Made by a program: the position numbers and the translations under genes. A stretch of DNA of 38,222 nt from a virus (lineage: Duplodnaviria > Caudoviricetes): positions 1-38,222 of the IMG/VR virus record IMGVR_UViG_3300020426_000013; one strand, given 5' to 3'. Under the pieces are notes generated by a model that saw nothing but the letters and a program-made list of their open reading frames with translations, did not search any database and had not been told where the DNA came from. Every line of letters begins with the position of its first letter. Within the stretch, counting starts at the first letter, position 1. Positions 16,418 to 25,252 of this stretch are shown one piece after another.

Positions 16418-18595
16418 CCGACCGCGGTAGACCCGATAGGCGCGCAAAATCTCGGCGTCGTCTGCCGCGGGGCTGCGGCGGCGATACCGCGCGGCCCATT
16501 CCTCCGGCACGCTGTCGATCTCGTATACCTTCACTTCGCGAATCTTCCGCCCGGTATCTATACCAAACAGGGTGCGGTTGTAGGTAATCGCAGTCTGGTT
16601 CGCGAACTCGAACGCCTTGCGGTAATCCTCCGATGTCGGCTTGCGCTCGAGCCCGCGCAGGTAGCCGTCCATCGCATCGAACACGCCGGGAAAGTCCTCG
16701 TCGCCGATCTCGATCGCGTTGTATTTGCCCTGCCAGGTGATCTCTTTCTGGATCCCGGAACGGTAATCGGACGGGCCCTTGCCTGCCTGCCGCATCTCTT
16801 CCTGCGCGCGGACCATGGTGGTGAAATTGCCTTCGGAAATCTTGCCGATGTAGTCGAGCGGATTGAGGTTCAGGAACCTGTCGGGCTCCGCGCGCTGCAT
16901 GATCCGCAGCGCATTCCACTGGCTCGTCCGCGCGGCCTTCGCCTGCACATCCTGCCGTGCCTGCGCTGCATCGCTAAGACGGCGATCCAACTGCGCCAGA
17001 TCGGTCGGGTCCATCCGGTCGCGCACCGACTTCGGCAGCTGCGAGGTGCTGATCAGCCGATCGCCCATCTGCGCAGCGATGCGCGTCGCTTCGTCTGCGG
17101 CGTCGCGATACTGGTCGCCCAGCAGCGCTTCATCGTCACGCATACGCCCGACCCATTCGTCGCGCACGCGCTCGGTACGTTCCGGAGACCAGCCCTCACG
17201 CTGTGCCACCTCCTCGATCTTGCCGAGGACCTTTTCGCGGTCCCACTCGCGCGCCGAGTTGGTATAGCCCGCGCCCGACTGGCCCATTTTGCTCGCGGCC
17301 CAGGTGATGACGTCGCCAGCGGTCTTGCCGCGCAAGAACGGGTTCGCATCGATCACGCCGCGCCCAAGCACGCTTTCCGCGCTGGCATCCGGGTTGCGGT
17401 ACAGCGCCAGCGCGCCGCCAGCCCCTGCGAAATGCGCGAGGTAGAGGTTGCCAGCCGTCGCCTCGACACCGCCAGACCGTAGCGCCCGCTCGTTATCCTG
17501 CGTCAACCGATCCATCAGCGCTTCTTGCACGCCCGGGTCGTTACGCCGCGACGACCATGCCGCCTCGCCACCGGAGCCGTAGACCTTGTTGTAGGTCGAC
17601 ACGAAGGTGCTGCGAATGAACTGGTAGCGTCCGGTCGCGCTCGACCGGGGGTTCTTCGCGTCATCGCTGCCGCCGCTTTCGACAACACGTACCTGGTCCT
17701 TGAATGTCGCTTTGGCATCGCCGACCGCACCGTCCACCGCCGGGCGCGTCCCGACCGACACCGCGTCTTCGCCAAGTTCCAGCCCGATCAGGTCGGCATC
17801 GGACCGCGTGATCCGGCGCTGCAGCGGCGCCTTCATTGCCGCGAGCGTGCCGTTGACCAGCCCCGGCGTCATCTCGTCATCGTAGGCTTCGACATAGGCC
17901 GCGATCTCGTCGATCTGCGGGTCGGGGCTGGCGAGCATCCGGTCGATCACCTGCTGGTGAATGGGGCTCGTCACCGCGATGCGCGCCTGCTGGAACACCT
18001 CCGGGTTATCGTCCGGGGTAAAGCCTTCAAACTGCAGCTTCTGATATGCGACGCCGACCGCCTCTCCGATCAGGCCGTCACGCCTTTCCGGATCGATCTC
18101 GCCCGCCGCCGCGATCGAGATATTTGCAACCGAAGCATCGAACGACGCTACCTGTTCAACCCGTGACTCCTGCACGGCATGTGCCGCGATGCGTGCCGAA
18201 GCGCGGGCGTAGTTCTGTGCCAGCGACTGCTCGACATAGGCGCGCATCCGAGGGGTCGCGGCTTGCTCAAGCGCCTTGTCGCGCAGATCGTCCAGCTTCT
18301 GCGAATAGTCCCCCTGCGCCTTGCGCGCGGCGCCAGCCTGCAGCTGTGCAAATTCGTTCTCGACCGCGCTGAATCCGATCAGCGTCTCGCTGTCGATCAG
18401 CCGCGCCTGCGTCCGGTCGTTGCGCTCGTCAATTTGGTCCTGCGCATTGGCGAACTGGCTGAGCGCCTGCCCCGCATCGCGCAGACCGGCGCCCAGCGCA
18501 CCGCCGACCCCGCCGCCATCGTTCGCGGCGCGGAAGCGCGCCTGTGGCGGGCGCGAGACGTCGACCTGGTTCGGAGTGTAGGAGGGCGCGCGCAT
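16406..18595 (-). CDS. Internal virion/ejection protein (gp15 position) with lysozyme/transglycosylase-like domain
   Basis: VESGG...NPRSSATGRYQFIRSTF...NLYLAHFAGAGGA...ANPFLRGKT. Confidence 0.85.
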   Translation of the reverse strand: MRAPSYTPNQVDVSRPPQARFRAANDGGGVGGALGAGLRDAGQALSQFANAQDQIDERNDRTQARLIDSETLIGFSAVENEFAQLQAGAARKAQGDYSQKLDDLRDKALEQAATPRMRAYVEQSLAQNYARASARIAAHAVQESRVEQVASFDASVANISIAAAGEIDPERRDGLIGEAVGVAYQKLQFEGFTPDDNPEVFQQARIAVTSPIHQQVIDRMLASPDPQIDEIAAYVEAYDDEMTPGLVNGTLAAMKAPLQRRITRSDADLIGLELGEDAVSVGTRPAVDGAVGDAKATFKDQVRVVESGGSDDAKNPRSSATGRYQFIRSTFVSTYNKVYGSGGEAAWSSRRNDPGVQEALMDRLTQDNERALRSGGVEATAGNLYLAHFAGAGGALALYRNPDASAESVLGRGVIDANPFLRGKTAGDVITWAASKMGQSGAGYTNSAREWDREKVLGKIEEVAQREGWSPERTERVRDEWVGRMRDDEALLGDQYRDAADEATRIAAQMGDRLISTSQLPKSVRDRMDPTDLAQLDRRLSDAAQARQDVQAKAARTSQWNALRIMQRAEPDRFLNLNPLDYIGKISEGNFTTMVRAQEEMRQAGKGPSDYRSGIQKEITWQGKYNAIEIGDEDFPGVFDAMDGYLRGLERKPTSEDYRKAFEFANQTAITYNRTLFGIDTGRKIREVKVYEIDSVPEEWAARYRRRSPAADDAEILRAYRVYRGRAIQ

Positions 18596-19101
18596 CAGCC
18601 GCCGGCCCGCCGCGAGCGCAGGTCCTGGTATTGCGAGAAGCCGCCAAGCCCCTGCGATGCCATGCTGAACGCCCCGCCGACCAACGCGCCGGTTCCCGCA
18701 CTGCGCGCTGCATTCGCCTCGCCGCCGAAATTGGAGGATTCGATATCGTAGGCGCGCACGCGGTCATTGCCGCGCTGGTTGATCCGCCGCACATCCTCGC
18801 GCGACAGCATCTCGGTATCGGCCAGCACGTTCGCCGCGGTCCCGAAATCCACGCTGACGCCATTGGCCGCCGCAGTGACGCGCTGCTGTCCCTTGAGCGC
18901 GGCGACCCGGCGGTAATGCGCCTGCCGCTCGGTCTGGGTCGCCTCGATCTCGCGCCGCGCGGCCTCGTTTGCGAGGTCCTGGTTACGCTCGGCGATCTTC
19001 GCCTCGTACTGCGCCTGCGCGCTTCCTTGTAGGGCGGAAACACCAGTGCCGACCACGGACACGGCCGCGCCGATCAGGGCAAGGGCAGGGGGGCCGCACA
19101 T
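18595..19101 (-). CDS. Small internal virion/ejection protein (gp14 position)
   Basis: MC start, Ala/Gly-rich ends, helical middle; TGATG coupling at both ends. Confidence 0.8.
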   Translation of the reverse strand: MCGPPALALIGAAVSVVGTGVSALQGSAQAQYEAKIAERNQDLANEAARREIEATQTERQAHYRRVAALKGQQRVTAAANGVSVDFGTAANVLADTEMLSREDVRRINQRGNDRVRAYDIESSNFGGEANAARSAGTGALVGGAFSMASQGLGGFSQYQDLRSRRAGG

Positions 19102-19634
19102 CAGCCCATCGCCTTTTCGAACTGCAGGAATGCCATGCCGCGCACCATCACCTCGTCTTGGCCGACATCGAAGCCCCACCGCCGCAGGAGGCGGATCGCC
19201 CGATGATTGCGTGCCGACACTAGGTTGCGCAGGACCATGCTTGAATCGCCCATGCGATCGATGAAGCGTGGCCCCCAGCTGAGCAGTTCGCGACCGCGCC
19301 GGTAGACCTCGTCCGTGCCGAGGAACCACGGCACCGCTTCGCCGGTCAATGCCGAGGCGGTTACGACGCCGAACATCGCATGGCACCGGCCATCGATCAT
19401 CGCCGACCACGCCACATCCGAGGTCATGACCCCGCGGCGCAGCGATCCCTTCGGCGTTCGCCCCATGGCCTCGCATTCCTCGCGGTCGATCGCGCGCATG
19501 TTCCGGGCTAGGAAGCCCACATGCGCTGTGCGCGCGGGCACGATCTCGACCGGGCTATTCCGAGACGACGGGTTCAATGCCGATACCGAGGATCGTGAGC
19601 GGATAGGGCTCGGTCTGGCGGATATGCGCCTCAA
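19101..19634 (-). CDS. T7 gp13-like / GNAT-like virion assembly protein (start uncertain, may be shorter)
   Basis: LARNMRAIDREEC...PWFLGTD...LRNLVSARNHRAIRLLRRWGF. Confidence 0.75.
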   Translation of the reverse strand: MRRISARPSPIRSRSSVSALNPSSRNSPVEIVPARTAHVGFLARNMRAIDREECEAMGRTPKGSLRRGVMTSDVAWSAMIDGRCHAMFGVVTASALTGEAVPWFLGTDEVYRRGRELLSWGPRFIDRMGDSSMVLRNLVSARNHRAIRLLRRWGFDVGQDEVMVRGMAFLQFEKAMG

Positions 19635-21366
19635 CGTTGTTCTGCGTCGCCCCCACCGTCGCGGCCTCGTAATCGCCGTTCAGGAGGTTCGACGGGTCGC
19701 CATACGCCTCTACCGTCCGCTGTTTCAGGGCCTTGAGGTTGTTCTCGTCGAGACCGACCAGAATGTTGCTGCTGTCCTGCAGTGTCATGACGATCTTGCC
19801 CGGCTGCTGCCGACGCCCGACGTTCGTTCCCATTCCTTGCGAGTTGGACCGGATCGGCAGGGTCTTGACGTCGACCTGGTAGGGCAGGCCGATGATCACG
19901 TTGGCACCGGCCGGCGCAGCTTCGGGCAATGTGACCATGCCATCGGTCACTGTCAGGTTCGGATAATGCAGGCCGCCCACCATCGCGGAGACGTCGGTGC
20001 GCCCCTCGAGATGCCACAGCCCGCCGAACGTCGCCTTGTCGCTCGCCGCAACACCGGAGATCGCGCAGTCGAGATAGCAGGCGGTGCGGAAATCGTCCCA
20101 TGTGTGGCTGTCGAGCCGTTCGATGAAACGGCGCGTGCCGCTAGGGAATTCGCGCCGCACCAGCAGGTAGAGCCGGTCCTCGCCGCCCTCGCTGATCGCG
20201 CAGACCGATTCGACGAAGCCATCGGTCTCGCACAGCGTCCAGCCCCACACGCCCTGTTCCTGTTCCCAGGTGAAGCACAGCAGCTTGCCGTCGTCCCTCG
20301 CCGCCCAGATCAGCGACCGCGGCTCCTGCGCATAGGCCCAGGACACGATCCCGAGCTGCTTGAAGAAATGCGGGCTGAAAATCGAGACGTCGTTCGACTT
20401 GAGCCCGTCGACGTCGAAGCTGTAGTTCGCGGTCCGCACGCTCGCCCCGACCGAGGGCGCATAGAACACGACATTGTCGATCACCAGCGGCGGCAGGCGC
20501 GACGCCCCGCGTCCGATCTGGCGGCGCACGGCAGGCGGACTGTCGCCGGTCAGCACGCCGCCACCGCCGTCGCCGTCGACCGTGAAGATGCTGTCGCTGG
20601 TCAGCGCGAGCAGGGCAGACGTGGAGACCAGCTGGTTTACCGCGTTGACCCGACCGGCGACCACCGAGAAGGACAGCGAATCGTCCGCGCGCGCCGGACG
20701 CGACTTGTCCATGTTCTCGCGCTGCCCGGTGCGCGAGGCCCACACCGCATTGGGCGCGTTCGTGGTGCGCGCCCAGATCGAGCGCTGTTCGAACAGCGTC
20801 ACCGTCGAGGGATAGTCGCCTGCTGCCGAGAACGGGTTGAACCCTTCCGGCGGGGCCTGATCTAGCGCGGGGCTGATGTTGTCGTCGCGGAAGGTCAGGC
20901 CATCGGTCGTCCCGATGAAGCCGTAGAACTGGTCGTTGTCCGCCTTGTAGACGTTGTAGCGATCGGCGCCCGTCACCGCGGACCATGTCACCGTGTTGTA
21001 GTTGCGCTTGAGGGTCAGGTCGTTCGTCGCGCTCGCGCTGTTCGACGCGCGGCTTTCCTGCCCGGTCGTGTCGTTGAGCGCGGTGACCACGTAAGTCGCC
21101 GGCTGCGGGAAATACCCATCGCCGGAGTTGGCAGCGTCGGTGTTCGGAGTAGTCGCCGCCGCGCTGCAGCCGGTCGGCGCCGCACCCGACGGGCCGAACG
21201 TGATGTCGGAGAACGTCCAGTTGGTATGGCCGGCGCGGACCAGCGTGCGCGGCGGGTGATCGATATGCGCCAGATACATCGTGTCGGCGGTCTGCTCGAA
21301 ATCGATCTCCGCAAGCTCGACGCTGTTGTAGGCGTGACGCGCAATATAGGCCCGGGCGACACCCAT
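19555..21366 (-). CDS. Tail nozzle (tubular protein B) main part
   Basis: EQTADTMYLAH, YPSTVTLFEQR, WASRTG, QGVWGW, YLDCA, GLPY, PLTILG; SD GGAG. Confidence 0.85.
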   Translation of the reverse strand: MGVARAYIARHAYNSVELAEIDFEQTADTMYLAHIDHPPRTLVRAGHTNWTFSDITFGPSGAAPTGCSAAATTPNTDAANSGDGYFPQPATYVVTALNDTTGQESRASNSASATNDLTLKRNYNTVTWSAVTGADRYNVYKADNDQFYGFIGTTDGLTFRDDNISPALDQAPPEGFNPFSAAGDYPSTVTLFEQRSIWARTTNAPNAVWASRTGQRENMDKSRPARADDSLSFSVVAGRVNAVNQLVSTSALLALTSDSIFTVDGDGGGGVLTGDSPPAVRRQIGRGASRLPPLVIDNVVFYAPSVGASVRTANYSFDVDGLKSNDVSIFSPHFFKQLGIVSWAYAQEPRSLIWAARDDGKLLCFTWEQEQGVWGWTLCETDGFVESVCAISEGGEDRLYLLVRREFPSGTRRFIERLDSHTWDDFRTACYLDCAISGVAASDKATFGGLWHLEGRTDVSAMVGGLHYPNLTVTDGMVTLPEAAPAGANVIIGLPYQVDVKTLPIRSNSQGMGTNVGRRQQPGKIVMTLQDSSNILVGLDENNLKALKQRTVEAYGDPSNLLNGDYEAATVGATQNNVEAHIRQTEPYPLTILGIGIEPVVSE

Positions 21367-22007
21367 CAATACGGCTCCACTTCGCCGCCACTGCCGGGGA
21401 TCCGAATATCGGGCGGGGCAGGCGGATCGACCGGGTCGGGCACCACCGGCGGGTCGGGCAGGGGATCGGGCTCGGCCGTGCGGGTGATGCCGCCGCTCGC
21501 TGCGGTGAAGGCCACGTCGGTCGTATCGGCGTCGATCCGGAAATTGCCGTCATCGACCACCTCGACCACGACGTGCACGCGGTAGTTGAGCAGGTCGCCC
21601 ATCGCGCCCGCAATCCCGGTGATGTAGACCGGCGCACCCACCGCGTAGCCGTGATAGGCCGCAGTCACCTTGGCCTGCGTCTCGCTGGTGATCGCGGTGA
21701 TGGCGAGTTCTTCTTCGACAACCCGTCCGCCGAGCGCACACGGCGCCATGAACCCCTGACCGAGCTCGAGCGCATAGGACTGGTCGAGCGAGAACTGGAA
21801 CGGGATCAGGCGCGAGGGTTCCAGCCCGTTGAACGATTCCCCGACATAGCGCGTGCCAGGCCGCTTGGTGAGGCCGCCGTACTTGAGCACGACCACGTTG
21901 CGCGCCTGCTTGAGGCCCGCGTTGTAGGCGTCGACATCGAACCGGCCGTAGAGGTCAGGCGCGATCTCCCCGCGGCTGAAATTCGGTTGAATGGTCCGGT
22001 ACTTCAT
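21366..22007 (-). CDS. Tail nozzle N-terminal part with an inserted beta domain and Pro-rich tail
   Basis: QPNFSRGEIAP...GR.D...GGLTKRPGT...RLIPFQFS..QSYALELG, typical of nozzle N-termini. Confidence 0.8.
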   Translation of the reverse strand: MKYRTIQPNFSRGEIAPDLYGRFDVDAYNAGLKQARNVVVLKYGGLTKRPGTRYVGESFNGLEPSRLIPFQFSLDQSYALELGQGFMAPCALGGRVVEEELAITAITSETQAKVTAAYHGYAVGAPVYITGIAGAMGDLLNYRVHVVVEVVDDGNFRIDADTTDVAFTAASGGITRTAEPDPLPDPPVVPDPVDPPAPPDIRIPGSGGEVEPY

Positions 22008-22654
22008 GGGGTCCAGCCCAAGCCAACCCCCATGCGCGCATATTCCGCTTCAGAGACGTGGCTGATCTGCGGGCGGGGGTTCTTGTTCTCCTCGTCCGCG
22101 ACGAACCGCGCGCGGGCCGCCTCGGCCTTGCGCTGCAGCGTCTCGGCCTTTTTGTAGTCTTTGCAGACCGGCGACATGGCCAGTCGGTGCGCCAGTTCAT
22201 AGATGAAGGCCAGCTCGCCCAGCGGGGGCAGGTCGTTGACCTCGATCTGCGATTTCACGAAGATCAAGGTCGCGTCCTTGGCGTTGGTGTAGATGCGCCC
22301 CTGTTCATGCAGAAACGACACCACGATCTCGTCTTGCCAGGGGAACGATCCGGGGCCGGACACGGGGAGATACTGCGCGTCGGGATACTGCTCGCGCACC
22401 GCAAGCGGGCTCGCCATCGTGGCGGGCGCGACATAGGCGTAGAGCCATTCGGCAGGGCGGTCGTTGGTGGTGAGCGCCAGAACTTCCCGGTCGATCGCCC
22501 AAGGGAAGCGGTCGGACCATTCGATGATCTCGCGCAGCAGGGGCTCCGCATGCGTCTTGCACTCCTCGGCCTCGACCGATGCTTCGTCGAGCGCCTCGAT
22601 CGCCCCGGCATGGACCAGAGACAGAGCGCGGTTGCAGAGGTCGATCAGGGCCAT
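22004..22654 (-). CDS. Tail adaptor (tubular protein A)
   Basis: DLCNRALSLV...I..LDE.S.EA..C, EWLYAY..P, LAHRLA; position before the nozzle. Confidence 0.8.
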   Translation of the reverse strand: MALIDLCNRALSLVHAGAIEALDEASVEAEECKTHAEPLLREIIEWSDRFPWAIDREVLALTTNDRPAEWLYAYVAPATMASPLAVREQYPDAQYLPVSGPGSFPWQDEIVVSFLHEQGRIYTNAKDATLIFVKSQIEVNDLPPLGELAFIYELAHRLAMSPVCKDYKKAETLQRKAEAARARFVADEENKNPRPQISHVSEAEYARMGVGLGWTP

Positions 22655-22660
22655 GCGAAT

Positions 22661-22693
22661 GCACTAGGGCCGTGGGCCGCGGCGTTGAATCGC
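22661..22693 (-). promoter_or_regulatory. Putative late promoter, probably leaderless, for the tail operon
   Basis: GCGATTCAA-N18-TAGTGC; ATG 6 nt downstream with no SD. Confidence 0.7.
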
Positions 22694-22909
22694 TCGCACG
22701 GGAACTATATCCCTACGCTTGCTCGCAGCAGACGCTTCGCCAGCCTCATCGTCTCGACAGAGGCGCGGGCGTTCGGACATGATGATCGGCGGCTCAAACG
22801 TGATCGTGGCTACCCCGTCGCTCGCCAGCGTCACGCGCCCCGCGCGCTTGCGAACCTTGTTGCGGATGTCTGCGAACCTGCCCTCGCCGAGATATTCCCA
22901 GTCGCTCAT
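22664..22909 (-). CDS. Hypothetical protein, possibly a truncated remnant
   Basis: TGATG-coupled ATG 22909; the C-terminal half runs through the promoter motif. Confidence 0.4.
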   Translation of the reverse strand: MSDWEYLGEGRFADIRNKVRKRAGRVTLASDGVATITFEPPIIMSERPRLCRDDEAGEASAASKRRDIVPVRAIQRRGPRP

Positions 22910-23454
22910 CAGCGCGCCCGGTGCGTTCTCACGACCACGATACGCAGCGCGGTGATACTGCCGGGCCCATCGACCTCGACGTAGATTTCGCCGCCATTCG
23001 CTTCCCAGGTGTCGCTCGTGTAGGCCGGGAAGGCGAGGGTGATGTTGTGCGGATTGCCCGCGCCGCGGGTCAGCGCGCGGGTCTCGTATTCGACGACCCC
23101 GACCGAACCGCCGATGTCGACCTCGATGTTGATTTCGGTCGCTGCCGAATTGTTCGGAGTGAACACGAACTGGATATTGACCGAGATCGCATCGCCCTCT
23201 CTCCCGACGATGGTGTTCGTCGCGGTGTCCCACAACGCACCCGTGTCGTCCGGAAGCTGACTTTCGATCTTGGTGGTACCGTCGATCGACAGTTTCGTCC
23301 GCGTGTTCGCGGCTATCGCCTGCGCACCGCCGCCGTGGTTGTAGACGGCCCAGCCGGTGAAATTGCCGATGTCCGCCGCGGACGCGACCTTGAGCGGCCC
23401 GCGCGTCTCCTGCGGTTGCCTGATCGGATATCGGGAGAAATTCAGCTCGCGCAT
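22909..23454 (-). CDS. Beta-rich probable virion protein
   Basis: 181-aa ORF in the head-tail region with normal codon style. Confidence 0.7.
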   Translation of the reverse strand: MRELNFSRYPIRQPQETRGPLKVASAADIGNFTGWAVYNHGGGAQAIAANTRTKLSIDGTTKIESQLPDDTGALWDTATNTIVGREGDAISVNIQFVFTPNNSAATEINIEVDIGGSVGVVEYETRALTRGAGNPHNITLAFPAYTSDTWEANGGEIYVEVDGPGSITALRIVVVRTHRAR

Positions 23455-23456
23455 GG

Positions 23457-23483
23457 AAAAACGGCGGGACCGAAGCCCCGCCG
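23457..23483 (-). terminator. Rho-independent terminator after the capsid operon
   Basis: CGGCGGGGC-TTCG-GTCCCGCCG followed by TTTTT. Confidence 0.85.
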
Positions 23484-23488
23484 CCTTG

Positions 23489-23740
23489 TCAGTCGGCCTT
23501 GGCGGATTTCTCCGCGGCCTTTTCTTCGCGCGCCCAGGAAGGCGGCTCCTTGGCCACGACCGTCTTGATCTGGCCTTCGTCGTCGGTGGCAGCCGGGCGG
23601 CTGATCACCTTGCCGGCTTCGTTCTTCACCTCGTCGCGCACGATCGTGCGAAACTCGGCAGTGAAACGCTCACCGGCTTCGATGACCGCGCCGTTCGGGG
23701 CCTGCCCCTTCTGCAGCGCGATATAGGTCTTCATCGCCAT
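23489..23740 (-). CDS. Small hypothetical protein of the capsid operon
   Basis: SD GAGGAGG; 83 aa. Confidence 0.75.
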   Translation of the reverse strand: MAMKTYIALQKGQAPNGAVIEAGERFTAEFRTIVRDEVKNEAGKVISRPAATDDEGQIKTVVAKEPPSWAREEKAAEKSAKAD

Positions 23741-23750
23741 GTCAGCCTCC

Positions 23751-24179
23751 TCAGTAGTTGGTCTGACGGCCAGCGACGACGCCAGCGGTGAACTTGCCGG
23801 TAGTCGGCGCGGTGCCGGTCACGTCGAAGTAGAGCCGCAGATAGCGCTCGTTCGCACCCTCGGGGATGTAGTCGGGGAACTGCAGCTGTCCGCCCGCCAG
23901 TTCGGCGAGGGCATAGGTGCGCTCCGCGACCGTGGACGCCGAGGAGAACGACGTGTTGTCGTCCACCTGCAGCGCGACCTTGACCGAGGTGGCGTTGTTG
24001 AACGCCTCGACCACGTTGATCGACAGCGGGATCGACGACCCCTTGCCGATATCGCGGGTCAGCGCCGTGTCCGAACCGAACGGGGTGCCGGTGGCGCCGA
24101 GGTCGATATAGTTCGTCGAAGCAGCGTCGGCGGTGACCGCCTGGCCTTCGCAGAACATGGTTTCCTTGTCGAAAATCAT
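23751..24179 (-). CDS. Capsid cement/decoration protein (Bbp16-like)
   Basis: MIFDKETMFCEGQAVT...STNYIDLG...RYLRLYFDV.G...GKFTAGVV; SD AAGGA. Confidence 0.85.
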   Translation of the reverse strand: MIFDKETMFCEGQAVTADAASTNYIDLGATGTPFGSDTALTRDIGKGSSIPLSINVVEAFNNATSVKVALQVDDNTSFSSASTVAERTYALAELAGGQLQFPDYIPEGANERYLRLYFDVTGTAPTTGKFTAGVVAGRQTNY

Positions 24180-24202
24180 TTCCGTGTCCTTTCGTGTCAG
24201 GC

Positions 24203-25240
24203 TCAGGCGACCGCAGCTTCGGTGTTGAGCAGGTTGTCGGTTTCGCGGATGGGAATGCGGCGCCAGGTGGTGACTTCCTCGCCCTGGATCTCGCGCTTGT
24301 CGAGACGGACGAAGTTGTCGGACGCACCTTCGTTGGTGCTTTCGGCATCCAGCGCTTCCATCAGGGTGCGGTTCATGTAGATGACCGTGCGCGTCGCGCC
24401 GATCATCCCGGCGCCGTTCTCGAGGCTGTACGCCCGGCGACCCTGCAGCTTGTAGTAAGCCTTGCGCAGGAGCGGGTTGAGCGCGACGTTGCCCGCCAGC
24501 ACGTCCGAGACGTCGATGTTCGCGATGCGCGCATTGTAGCGCCAGTCGCGGACGGTGACGCCCACGTGCTGTTCGAACTTCTCCTCCTTGACGTAGTAGG
24601 GGTTGCCGTCGCCGTCGAGGACACGCTGCTCGCCCTTGTCCTCGCGCTGCACACCCGCGGCGATATTGGCCGGGGTGATCAGCGAGGTCGCCATGTCGCC
24701 GTAGGTGACGAACCAGATCGAGGTGTTGTCCGAACCCGAGCCGCCGCCGTCGACGACGTTGGCCGCGATCGGTGCGCCCGAGAGCGTGTTGTAGCGCGCG
24801 GCGAGGCCGTGGAACTTGCGCGGGCTCAGGCCGACGTCGGAGTAGAAGAACGACGCTTCGAATTCCTGCGCCATCGCTTCGAGGTACGGCTGCGCTTCGG
24901 CCATGCGGATCTTGCCCGCATTGTCGCCGGCCAGCTTGAGCAGGCGGGTGTCGACGCTCGACAGACCTTCCATGAAGCCGGTCGTGTCGTCGACCTGGGT
25001 GGTCGTGCTCTTGGACTGCGCGGTACCTTCGTACAGCGCGCCCCAGGAGATCGACGGCAGGCCGGTGCGAATGACCGAGCGGTGCTTCGTGCCCATGTTG
25101 CAGGTGATGACGTTCGCATCGCGCATCACGGGGTTGATGGTGTGCAGCGCTTCGACGATTTCGTACGGGGCACCTTCGCCGAGGTGGCCGTTCTTCATCG
25201 CGTCGATGAGCTGCAGATAGGTGTTGCCGACTCCGGCCAT
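24203..25240 (-). CDS. Major capsid protein (Bbp17-like)
   Basis: RTGLP...Y.G...SKSTT.QV, VRDWRY.ARIANID, IPIRETD.LLNTEA.V; SD AAGGA. Confidence 0.92.
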   Translation of the reverse strand: MAGVGNTYLQLIDAMKNGHLGEGAPYEIVEALHTINPVMRDANVITCNMGTKHRSVIRTGLPSISWGALYEGTAQSKSTTTQVDDTTGFMEGLSSVDTRLLKLAGDNAGKIRMAEAQPYLEAMAQEFEASFFYSDVGLSPRKFHGLAARYNTLSGAPIAANVVDGGGSGSDNTSIWFVTYGDMATSLITPANIAAGVQREDKGEQRVLDGDGNPYYVKEEKFEQHVGVTVRDWRYNARIANIDVSDVLAGNVALNPLLRKAYYKLQGRRAYSLENGAGMIGATRTVIYMNRTLMEALDAESTNEGASDNFVRLDKREIQGEEVTTWRRIPIRETDNLLNTEAAVA

Positions 25241-25252
25241 AGCTCAATCCTT

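Larger units (their letters stand above)
15733..16421. mobile_element. 672-bp alpA + terS-like insertion flanked by 17-bp direct repeats
   Basis: CCTATTGAATCGCCCGA at 15733-15749 and 16405-16421; AT-richer interior. Confidence 0.75.

Noticed and set aside
23751-25247. 498-aa ORF suggesting a capsid-cement -1 frameshift fusion
   Set aside because: An open -1 frame is expected with high GC at third positions; no slippery heptamer seen near the capsid stop; the cement gene has its own SD and ATG
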